DNA of 64,000 nucleotides from Candidatus Latescibacterota bacterium (GTDB taxonomy: Bacteria > Latescibacterota > UBA2968 > UBA8231): assembly GCA_965248355.1 (NCBI GenBank), contig OZ252098.1, forward strand, positions 3,712,001 through 3,776,000. The letters are read 5' to 3'. Positions 10,195 to 18,079 of this stretch are shown one piece after another. A model generated the notes under the pieces. It was not told the DNA's origin. It saw nothing but the letters and a program-made list of their open reading frames with translations, and did not search any database. The translations under genes and the position numbers were made by a program. How positions within the stretch are numbered: the first letter of the stretch is position 1; every line of letters begins with the position of its first letter.

Positions 10195-11604
10195 GTGCTG
10201 CGCACCCTGATCGCCAAGGAGTGGCTCACAAGCCTGCTGGAGCTGCGGTTTCTCGTCTGTGCGGCCCTGTGCGTTCTGCTGGGCATCATCAGCGTCGTCG
10301 TCCTGCGGGCCGATCTGGAGGCGCGGCGCACCGAATTCAGCCGAAACCAGGCCCTGTACCGGAACCAGGCGGACGAGTACGGATCCTACCGCGACCTGCA
10401 GCGCCGGGGCGTGCGCGTCGACCGGCCGCCGCAGTCCTTCCAGGTCCTGTTCTACGGCGTGGAGAAGACCCTGGACCGCACCGCCGTGGTCTCGGAGGAC
10501 TACCTCCCCGGCTTCCAGGGCGACCTGAACGCGAACCCCGCCGTGCTGCTCTTTCCCGTGGCCGACATGCTCTTCGTCGTGGCCGTGGTCCTGAGCCTGC
10601 TCGCCTTCTTCATCTCCTACGACACCGTCGCCGGCGAGCGCGAGTCGGGGACCTTGAAGCTGGTCATGTCCTACCCGGTGCCGCGGGACCTCCTGATCCT
10701 GGCCAAGTGGCTGGGCGGCTACTTCAGCCTCGCCCTGCCCTTCCTGGCAGCGCTGCTCATCGGCGCCCTCCTGATCTCGATCTCCGAGGAGGTGCCCTTC
10801 ACGGCCACCGACTGGGAGGCCTTCGCCGTGACCGGCGCCGTCTCCCTGCTCCTGCTGGCGGTCATGTTCTCCATCGGCCTGCTGGTCTCGGTGCGGGCCC
10901 GTTCGTCGTCCACGGCCATCCTCAGCCTGGTGGCCCTGTGGGTGCTGCTGGCCCTGGTCGTCCCCAACCTCGGACCCTACCTGGCCGAACTGGCCGCCCC
11001 AGTGCCGGACGTGGGCTCGGTGGAGCGCGAGATCGGCCTGCGCACCGAGACTCTGTCGGCGGCTTTCCGCAGCCAGTGGCGGCGCGGCGGACGCTCCTTC
11101 CGCAGGATGATGGCAGCGGGGGAACTCACCGATTTCATCCGCAAGATGCGGGAACAGCGCAACCAGCTGCAGAAGGATGTCAACGAGGCCTCCGCGGAGA
11201 TCATCTCCGACTTCGAGGTCCGCCTGCGGCGTCAGACCGACATGGCCCGCGTGCTCACCCGCATCTCGCCGGTGGCCTGCTTCGTCTTCGCGAGCACCGA
11301 CATCGGGGCCACGGGGGTGCGTCACGAGGAGCGGCTGATCGGCGCCCTGCGCAACTACAAGCGGCAGTTCGCCCGCTATGTCGCCGAGCGGAGCCAGGGT
11401 TTCACGGTTGTCGGGACCGCCGCCGTGAACTTCGCCGGGGATGAGGAGTACGACATCGACGATCTGCCGGACTTCGTCTACCGCAGCGACGGCCTCCAGG
11501 AGCGACTCGATGCCCGCTTCGTCGACGTGCTGCTGCTGGCCCTGTTCGCCGTGGCTTTCTTCATGGCGGCCTTCGTGAGCTTTCTCAGAAGCGACGTGGA
11601 CTGA
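10195..11604 (+). CDS. ABC-2 type transporter permease (paralogue of upstream gene)
   Basis: VAGERESGTLKLVMSYPVPRDLLILAKWLGG; same architecture as the neighbour. Confidence 0.85.
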   Translation: MLRTLIAKEWLTSLLELRFLVCAALCVLLGIISVVVLRADLEARRTEFSRNQALYRNQADEYGSYRDLQRRGVRVDRPPQSFQVLFYGVEKTLDRTAVVSEDYLPGFQGDLNANPAVLLFPVADMLFVVAVVLSLLAFFISYDTVAGERESGTLKLVMSYPVPRDLLILAKWLGGYFSLALPFLAALLIGALLISISEEVPFTATDWEAFAVTGAVSLLLLAVMFSIGLLVSVRARSSSTAILSLVALWVLLALVVPNLGPYLAELAAPVPDVGSVEREIGLRTETLSAAFRSQWRRGGRSFRRMMAAGELTDFIRKMREQRNQLQKDVNEASAEIISDFEVRLRRQTDMARVLTRISPVACFVFASTDIGATGVRHEERLIGALRNYKRQFARYVAERSQGFTVVGTAAVNFAGDEEYDIDDLPDFVYRSDGLQERLDARFVDVLLLALFAVAFFMAAFVSFLRSDVD

Positions 11605-11647
11605 CCGTCATCGGCGGCTCGGGGTCGGTCCATCGGGAAGGCCTGCC

Positions 11648-12211
11648 TCAACCGCCCGGAGAGAGCTCTCCGGGATCCCTCAGCAATCGGCCAAAGCGCT
11701 CCCGGAACTTGCCCACCTTGGGGCCCACCACCATCGCGCAGTAGGGCTGGGCCGGGTTGCGCCGGTAGTACCGGCGGTGGTAGTCCTCGGCCGGCCAGAA
11801 CCGCTCCAGGGGTTGGACCTCGGTGACGATGGGGTCGCCGAACACGCCCTCGTCCTCGAGATGGGCGATGACCTCCCTGGCCGCGGCCGCCTGCTCCTCG
11901 TCGTGGGTGAAGATGACGGAGCGGTACTGGGGACCAATGTCGTGGCCCTGGCGGTCCTTCGTGGTGGGGTCGTGGATGCCGAAGAAGACCTCGAGCACCC
12001 CTGGATAGCTGACGACGCCGGGATCGAAACGCAGCTGCACGACCTCGGCGTGGCCCGTCGTGCCGGAGCAGACGCTCTCGTAGCCCGGATCGGCAGTGCG
12101 TCCGCCGCTGTAACCAGATTCGACCGAGATGACGCCCCGCATCTGCTCGTACACCGCCTCCAGGCACCAGAAACAGCCTCCTCCCAGGGTCGCGAGGCCA
12201 AGCTCGTTCAT
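11648..12211 (-). CDS. msrA: Peptide-methionine (S)-S-oxide reductase
   Basis: GGGCFWCLE, GYSGG, GHAEVVQ, HDPT, QYRS, AEDYH, YC motifs. Confidence 0.97.
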   Translation of the reverse strand: MNELGLATLGGGCFWCLEAVYEQMRGVISVESGYSGGRTADPGYESVCSGTTGHAEVVQLRFDPGVVSYPGVLEVFFGIHDPTTKDRQGHDIGPQYRSVIFTHDEEQAAAAREVIAHLEDEGVFGDPIVTEVQPLERFWPAEDYHRRYYRRNPAQPYCAMVVGPKVGKFRERFGRLLRDPGELSPGG

Positions 12212-12383
12212 CGTTTGAGTCCTCCGGCTCCGGTTGCCAGGGCCAGGGCCCCACGGATTCCCGGTGGTGAGGGACGGTCAGATCCAGTTCCGGCCCAGAA
12301 TCTGGCCTCTGGGGAAGGCCGCGCGCAATGGCACGACGACGGGGGGCTCCTATACTTGGGCCACCTTCCTCCGGAGAGAGACC

Positions 12384-13454
12384 ATGACCACCTGCCGTGT
12401 CGGCGTCATCGGCCTGGGCCGCATGGGGTCCACCATCGACGACGAGGGGCACTCGTCCCTGCCCTACTCCATCGCCGCCTCCGCCCGGGCCAGCAACCGG
12501 TTTGAGCTGGCCGCCGGCTGCGACCTGCGCGCCGAACGGCGGTCGGACTTCACCGAACGCTGGGGCGTGAAGGCCGTGTACGAAGACTTCCGCGAAATGG
12601 TCGGACAGGAAAAGCCGGACCTCGTAGCCGTGTGCACGACAGCCACTGGCCTGCAGAAACCAGGCAGAGAGACCCCGGACCCGTCGTTCCGGGGCGACTC
12701 GCATGCCGACCTGGCCGTGGCCCTGGCCGATCTGGCGGTGCCCATGCTCTATGTCGAAAAGGCCATGGCCTGCTCCATGAAGAGGGCCGACGACATCCGC
12801 GACGCCGTAAAGCGCAACGGCACGCTGTTCAACACCGGCGTGCTCCGCCGCTTCGACAACCGCTACGACGTGGTGCGCGACGCCGTTCTCGGAGGCCGTA
12901 TCGGCGAGCCCAAAGTCGTGGTCCACTACGCATCCTCGAGCCTGCTGCACGGGCACATCCATTCGATCGACACGGTCTCCTGGCTCATCGGCGACCCGGC
13001 GATCACCCACGTGCGGGGCGAGCTCGAGCCCCCGGACTACGTCATCGAGGACGGCCATGTGCCCTTCGACCCGCCGGCCACCTACCAGCTGCGGTTCGCC
13101 GGCGGTGTGGAGGCGTGGTCGGTCCCGGCCGGCCCCTGGGAGTTCGAGGTGCTCGGATCCGAGGGAACGGTGCGGTCGCTGGGCAACGGCGCCGGTGCGA
13201 GTCTGCGGCTCTCCACCGGAGGCCGTAGTTGGATCGAGGCGGAGCTGCCCGCCGTGGAACCGCGGAGCACGGTCATCGACTGCCTGGAGGATCTCCTCGA
13301 CGCCCACGAGCAAGGCCGGCCGACGCGGGGCCACATCGATGTCACACATCACATCACGGAAGCCTGCCTGGCCGTGGCCGAGTCCCATCGGCGCGGCGGA
13401 CGCTGGGTCGAGCTGCCGGGCGTCGACCGCGGTCTGTACGTCTTTCACGTCTGA
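12384..13454 (+). CDS. Gfo/Idh/MocA family oxidoreductase
   Basis: VGVIGLGRMG, YVEKAMA, HIHSID. ATG at 12384 follows GGAG. Confidence 0.85.
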   Translation: MTTCRVGVIGLGRMGSTIDDEGHSSLPYSIAASARASNRFELAAGCDLRAERRSDFTERWGVKAVYEDFREMVGQEKPDLVAVCTTATGLQKPGRETPDPSFRGDSHADLAVALADLAVPMLYVEKAMACSMKRADDIRDAVKRNGTLFNTGVLRRFDNRYDVVRDAVLGGRIGEPKVVVHYASSSLLHGHIHSIDTVSWLIGDPAITHVRGELEPPDYVIEDGHVPFDPPATYQLRFAGGVEAWSVPAGPWEFEVLGSEGTVRSLGNGAGASLRLSTGGRSWIEAELPAVEPRSTVIDCLEDLLDAHEQGRPTRGHIDVTHHITEACLAVAESHRRGGRWVELPGVDRGLYVFHV

Positions 13455-13475
13455 CCGAATCTCCGCCGGCGTCAC

Positions 13476-13510
13476 AAGAAAGCGGCCCCCACCTTCGAGG
13501 CAGGGGCCGC
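13476..13510 (-). terminator. Intrinsic terminator after the sigma-70 gene
   Basis: GC stem GCGGCCCC...GGGGCCGC (13482-13510) followed by TTTCTT on the minus strand, between convergent genes. Confidence 0.7.
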
Positions 13511-13531
13511 CTGAACTTCGTCGAAGAACGC

Positions 13532-14548
13532 TCACTCTCCGAGGGAACGCAGCTCCTCGTGGCGGGAGGGGTGGCGCAGCTTGCCGAAGGCCCGCTCCTT
13601 GAGTTGGCGGATGCGCTCCCGCGTAAGCCCCATGCGATCGCCGATCTGCTCGAGGGTCATCGGCTCGGAGCCGTCGAGGCCGAAGTAGAGCTGGATGATC
13701 TCGTGCTCACGTTCGTCGAGACCTTCCAGGACCTTTTCCAGCTGCCTCTGGCTGGAGGATCGGGTGATGCACTCGTCGGGCTGCTCCTGGGCCGGGTCGG
13801 CCAATCGCTTGAGGAGGGTCGTATCCTCGTCCTCGTCGAACACGGCCCGATCGAGCGACACGGCGCGCCGGCCGCTCAACATGGTGTCGCGCACCTCCGA
13901 AATGGAGAGCTCGAGCGCCGCAGCGATCTCTTCGTCGTGGGGCTCGCCTTCGTTGGCGTTGCCGAGTTGCTGGGCCGTACGCGCGATCTTGCGAAGGAGG
14001 TTGAGGCGATTCAGCGGAAGACGTACGGTGCGACTGTCCTCGGCCAGCGCCTGCTGAATGGCCTGCCGGATCCACCACACCGCATAGGAGATGAACTTGT
14101 AGCCCCGGGTGGCGTCGAACCTGTCTACGGCCGTCATCAGTCCGAGGTTGCCGGCGCTGATCAGCTCCGAGAAGGACAACCCGCGGTTGCGATACTGCTT
14201 GGCTACGGTGACGACGAACAGGAGATTGGCCTCGGCGAGCTCTTCCCGAGCCCGCTCGTCGCCGGCGGCGATGCGCTCGGCCAATTCGGCCTCTTTCTCC
14301 CGGGACAGCGGCTGTGAACTTGCGATCTCATTGAAATACGTCTGCAGACTGACATCCTCGTCCGTCCAGCTTTCGTAATTCACTTGGGCAATCACTCCTT
14401 GGCCGCGTGCCTTGGGGATGACTCCCCTTCTGAAGGTGCCTGGAAGAGGAACGGAGGAAACTGAAGGACCCGAGAAGGTAACGCTTTTTGTCGGCGTCGG
14501 CCACTGAAATTCCTGCATGGCGCCCTGTGCTTCCACCTCGCCCTCCAT
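13532..14548 (-). CDS. RNA polymerase sigma-70 factor, RpoD/SigA-like, lacking region 1.1
   Basis: Region 1.2 (LQTYFNEI), region 2 (ANLLFVVTVAKQY, GYKFISYAVWWIRQAI), region 4 (TLEQIG...LTRERIRQ). Confidence 0.93.
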   Translation of the reverse strand: MEGEVEAQGAMQEFQWPTPTKSVTFSGPSVSSVPLPGTFRRGVIPKARGQGVIAQVNYESWTDEDVSLQTYFNEIASSQPLSREKEAELAERIAAGDERAREELAEANLLFVVTVAKQYRNRGLSFSELISAGNLGLMTAVDRFDATRGYKFISYAVWWIRQAIQQALAEDSRTVRLPLNRLNLLRKIARTAQQLGNANEGEPHDEEIAAALELSISEVRDTMLSGRRAVSLDRAVFDEDEDTTLLKRLADPAQEQPDECITRSSSQRQLEKVLEGLDEREHEIIQLYFGLDGSEPMTLEQIGDRMGLTRERIRQLKERAFGKLRHPSRHEELRSLGE

Positions 14549-14623
14549 GAGAGAACCTGCGACGGCTTGAATCGCCCAAATACTGCGGCGAACCCCGAAA
14601 CGCCATCACTGGCGCCCCCTCTT

Positions 14624-14638
14624 TATACTATTGAAATA
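14624..14638. repeat. Left copy of 15-bp imperfect inverted repeat flanking the Fic gene (TATACTATTGAAATA)
   Basis: 13/15 identical to the reverse complement of 15855-15869 (TATACTATCGAAACA). Confidence 0.6.
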
Positions 14639-14646
14639 ACCGCTCT

Positions 14647-15795
14647 TCAGTAATCAGAGCCTTTGCCGAGGGATCCCAGGTATGGCGAGTAGAGGAACCT
14701 CCGGTGGCGGCGACGGCCCGTGACCTCGCGCAACAATCCCAGTTCCTCGAGCCTCCCGACAAGGAGATTGGCATTGGCGAAGGTGCGGCCACAGATGCGG
14801 GCCACATCGGATACTGTGATGAGAGGGTGGGAGATCAGCTCGCGCAACAGCCGGCCGGCCGTCTTGCGCAGCCCGGTCATGTGTTGGCCGATCCGGGCCT
14901 CGTGCTCCTGGAGCACCGCCTCCAGCCGAGCCACTCGATCGACACTCGCGTCCGCTGCTGCTCGTAGTCGGCGTGCGAAGTACACGATCCATCCCACCCA
15001 GTCTCCCTGCTGTCGGACCCGCTGCTGCTGCCGAAAGTGCTCCCCCACCTCGGCGGCCATCATCGCCGATGGAACGAGCAGCTGGGGCCACGGTCCATTG
15101 GCGCTCTGCAGCATTCGAACCAGGCAGAGACGGCTCACGCGGCCGCTGCCGTCAACAAAGGGGTGAAGGGACTCCAGCTGCAGGAAGACCAGGGCGATCT
15201 TGGCCAGGGGTGGAAGCGGCGAGTCGCCTTGCCAGAACTCCTGCAGCCGGTCCACATGTCCGGGAATCCCCTGCGGTAGAGGAGGCACGAAGTGCGCCGT
15301 CGCCACGGAACTCCCGGCCGGGCCCAGCCAGATGAGGGTTTCTCGCAACCTGCCGGGTTGGTCATCTCGCCCGCGCAGCCCCGTGAACAGGGCCTTGTGC
15401 GCTGACCGGAGCCCATCCTGGCTCACAACCGGGGTACCGTCGGCCCCTTCGGAGGACTTTGGGAGCATGCTCCTCAGAGCGGCGGCGTAGTTGGAGCAGA
15501 TCCGCGCTTCCCCGCGGGATACTCCAAGCTGGTCGGCCCTGTTTCCGTCCAGTTCCCACCAGAGCAGGTCCCGAAGCGTCATCCGGCTGCCGTCCAGCTG
15601 GCAGGAGGCAACCGCCTCCTGCCGACAGGCCATTGCGATCAGATCCCGGGCTGTTTCGCGCACCGAGATCTGACCGTACAGAAAGCCGAGGGCCCGGTCC
15701 GCCTCGGACAGGGCGCCATGGACAAGCCCGTCAAGCCGGAGGCCGGCGGGAGGCAGCGGAGGCAGCTCGAAAGCCAGACCCGATACTTGAGCCAA
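14647..15795 (-). CDS. Fic family protein with Fic_N region and probable C-terminal HTH
   Basis: LPPLPP N-terminus, EAVASCQLDG, HPFVDGSGRVSR (canonical HPFxDGNGRxxR), C-terminal ITVSDVARICGRTFANANLLVGRLEELGLLREVTG. Confidence 0.9.
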   Translation of the reverse strand: MAQVSGLAFELPPLPPAGLRLDGLVHGALSEADRALGFLYGQISVRETARDLIAMACRQEAVASCQLDGSRMTLRDLLWWELDGNRADQLGVSRGEARICSNYAAALRSMLPKSSEGADGTPVVSQDGLRSAHKALFTGLRGRDDQPGRLRETLIWLGPAGSSVATAHFVPPLPQGIPGHVDRLQEFWQGDSPLPPLAKIALVFLQLESLHPFVDGSGRVSRLCLVRMLQSANGPWPQLLVPSAMMAAEVGEHFRQQQRVRQQGDWVGWIVYFARRLRAAADASVDRVARLEAVLQEHEARIGQHMTGLRKTAGRLLRELISHPLITVSDVARICGRTFANANLLVGRLEELGLLREVTGRRRHRRFLYSPYLGSLGKGSDY

Positions 15796-15838
15796 CCCAG
15801 GCTTGGAGATCGCGGCACCAGATTTCTTGGGGGGTGTA

Positions 15839-15890
15839 TATAGAAATATGCGTCTGTTTCGATAGTATAGTCCCGATCCGGGCTACGCAA
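15839..15890 (-). promoter_or_regulatory. Putative sigma-70 promoter of fic with overlapping palindromic operator
   Basis: TTGCGT (15885-15890), 17 bp, TACTAT (15862-15867) on the minus strand. Palindrome TATAGAAATA-N6-TGTTTCGATA (15839-15864) pairs at 8/10. Confidence 0.6.
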
Positions 15891-15926
15891 GGTTCCCGAC
15901 CGTTTTCAAGAAACCTCGGCTCTACG

Positions 15927-16805
15927 CTAGAGGCCCAGACCCAGCTGCTGCCTGCCGGGGGCCGCCGGCCGCCGGATTCGATCCCACTCCTCCAGGTACT
16001 CACCCAAGTGGGTCCGGCCCGCCCGGGCCGACTCGCGCTCCAGCAGAGTTCGTACGCGGCCCTGTTCGTCGTGGTACTGATCGGCGTCGAAGAATCCACC
16101 GAAGTGGGCCACCCGGAGCCACAACAGGTAGGTCGTCAGGGCGTCGAACTCGTTGTAGGCGACTATGGCCCCCAGTTCACCGCGTTCCCACAGGTCCTGA
16201 ACACTGTCGCCCGCGCCCGAGAACTTGCCCGGGATTCCGCAGGCCGACGCCATCTCGTGCAGGGACGGCCGGCCACGGCCCCAGCCCCCGAGCACATCGA
16301 TCAGGTCGATGTGCCAATCTCCGCCGCCGAAGTAGTCGACTCCCTCCCATGGCTTGTCGGGACGCTCCGCAAAGTCTGCTGCCTGGATGCCGTTCACGAC
16401 CGCTCGCTGCAGCAGGATACGCAGGTCCGCCGAGCCGGAGTTGTAGCCGACCATCTGAGGCTTGGCTCGCCCCACGCCCTCCAGAAACCGCCGGACGATC
16501 TCGGGCTCCGCCACCTCCGGCCGATCCACGTCGGTGGTTGCCGGCAGCGATTGCAGCTGCACACGCACCGCCCCGCCCTCGTCGGCGGTCCGAGCCACCG
16601 CCGATATGGAAACGAGGCGGCACATGACGGTCTTGAGATACGGGCGCGGGTCCTCCTCGGTGGCTCCGCCCCGCCTGTACATCTCGGCCACGACCGCCGC
16701 GTCGGCCCAGTCGGGGGGCAGATCGTGCACCCGCCGTCCGGTGTCCGCGTCCGGCACCCACTCGGCGTCGAAGGCCCATACGGTGTGATGGACAGTCTTG
16801 AACAC
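15927..16805 (-). CDS. Stand-alone 3'-5' exonuclease related to the PolB proofreading domain (DEDDy)
   Basis: ExoI-like FDAEW, ExoII-like VGYNSGSADL, HIDL, GIPGK, ExoIII-like YNEFD. Confidence 0.85.
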   Translation of the reverse strand: MFKTVHHTVWAFDAEWVPDADTGRRVHDLPPDWADAAVVAEMYRRGGATEEDPRPYLKTVMCRLVSISAVARTADEGGAVRVQLQSLPATTDVDRPEVAEPEIVRRFLEGVGRAKPQMVGYNSGSADLRILLQRAVVNGIQAADFAERPDKPWEGVDYFGGGDWHIDLIDVLGGWGRGRPSLHEMASACGIPGKFSGAGDSVQDLWERGELGAIVAYNEFDALTTYLLWLRVAHFGGFFDADQYHDEQGRVRTLLERESARAGRTHLGEYLEEWDRIRRPAAPGRQQLGLGL

Positions 16806-16883
16806 GATCTTACGCGAGCCGAGGGAAGGCCCCTCGCCTCCGCAGCCTGGGGCGGGACCGGCAACCTGAGATCCGCATGTGGC

Positions 16884-17972
16884 TCAGATGGGCCGGAAGT
16901 GATCGCCCTCTCCAACCAGACCCCTGGGCTCGAGAAGGACGCGGCCGGCGTGGGCGGAGGAGCCGCGGCCGAGGACGAGGCTGTCGAATCCGTGCTCGGA
17001 GGCGATTCGCCGCACGGCGTCGGCCTCGGTCTCGGGCACGACCACGCAGAAGCCGATACCCATGTTGAACACCCGGTGCATCTCCTCGTCGGCAACGTGC
17101 CCGGCGCTGCGAATGACTTCGAAAACCGGTTGGGGGTCGGGCAGGGTGTGGAGGACGAATCCGGTCCGGCTGCGGATGCGCAGCAGGTTGAGCAGACCGC
17201 CGGAGGTGATGTGGCTGAAGGCCCGGACCCTGAGCCCGCCGCGCAGCATGGCCAGGGCCGGTTTCACGTAGATCGCTGTCGGGCGCAGCAACTCTTCCGC
17301 GACCGTGTGGCCGAAGTCCGGAACATGGTCGGCGGGATCCAGCCCGAGGGAGTCGAAGAGGACTCGCCGGGCCAGTGTATAGCCGTTGGAGTGAAGGCCG
17401 TTGCTGAGAAGCCCGACGACCGCATCTCCGTCCTCGATGCCCTCGCCCACCACCAGTCGATCGAGGTCGACCAGACCTGCGGCGGTGCCGACGAGGTCCA
17501 TCCCCCGATCCTCGCCAAGACCCCGGATGATCTCCTTCATCTGCGACACCTCGCCGCCGGGGATGGAGATGTTCGCCAACTCGGCGCCGGAGGCCAGGCC
17601 CTTCCCGATCTGCTCGAACACATCGGCGTCGGTCTTCTGCACGGCCAGGTAGTCGACCATGGCCAGAGGCTCGGCGCCCACGCACACGAGGTCGTTGACG
17701 TTCATGGCCACGCAGTCGATGCCGACGGTATCGTACCGGCCCGCCATCTCCGCCACCAGGACCTTGGTGCCCACTCCATCCGTGGTGATCGCCAGACCGC
17801 GCCCTTCGCCCAGGCTGAGAACCGAGGCGAAGAGACCGCTTTCGAGGAGGCTGTGGCCGGTGGTCTCCCCGTCCTCCCGGCGGTGCCGGGGCCGGCTGAC
17901 GTGAGCCACGAGACGGGACAGGGCGGAATGAGCGGCCTCGGTATCGGCGTAGGTCATCCCCGATGTCGTCAA
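16884..17972 (-). CDS. purM: Phosphoribosylformylglycinamidine cyclo-ligase (AIR synthetase)
   Basis: TDGVGTK, AMNVND, SNGLHSNGY, HIT, FNMGIG. TTG start at 17972 after GGAGG (alternative ATG 17957). Confidence 0.92.
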   Translation of the reverse strand: MTTSGMTYADTEAAHSALSRLVAHVSRPRHRREDGETTGHSLLESGLFASVLSLGEGRGLAITTDGVGTKVLVAEMAGRYDTVGIDCVAMNVNDLVCVGAEPLAMVDYLAVQKTDADVFEQIGKGLASGAELANISIPGGEVSQMKEIIRGLGEDRGMDLVGTAAGLVDLDRLVVGEGIEDGDAVVGLLSNGLHSNGYTLARRVLFDSLGLDPADHVPDFGHTVAEELLRPTAIYVKPALAMLRGGLRVRAFSHITSGGLLNLLRIRSRTGFVLHTLPDPQPVFEVIRSAGHVADEEMHRVFNMGIGFCVVVPETEADAVRRIASEHGFDSLVLGRGSSAHAGRVLLEPRGLVGEGDHFRPI

Positions 17973-18079
17973 GTTGATTCCTCCAGAGGCGATTGAGGAA
18001 GGGACCCAATCTATAGAGTCGGGTTCGCACCCGGGCAATGAGATCGGTTGCCCGGGGTCTGGCTCCGGAGCGGTTTCCA

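Noticed and set aside
14647..15795. Fic gene as an IS element or a classic FicTA toxin-antitoxin pair
   Set aside because: There is no transposase, obvious target-site duplication or small upstream antitoxin ORF; the inhibitory-helix motif is within the protein.
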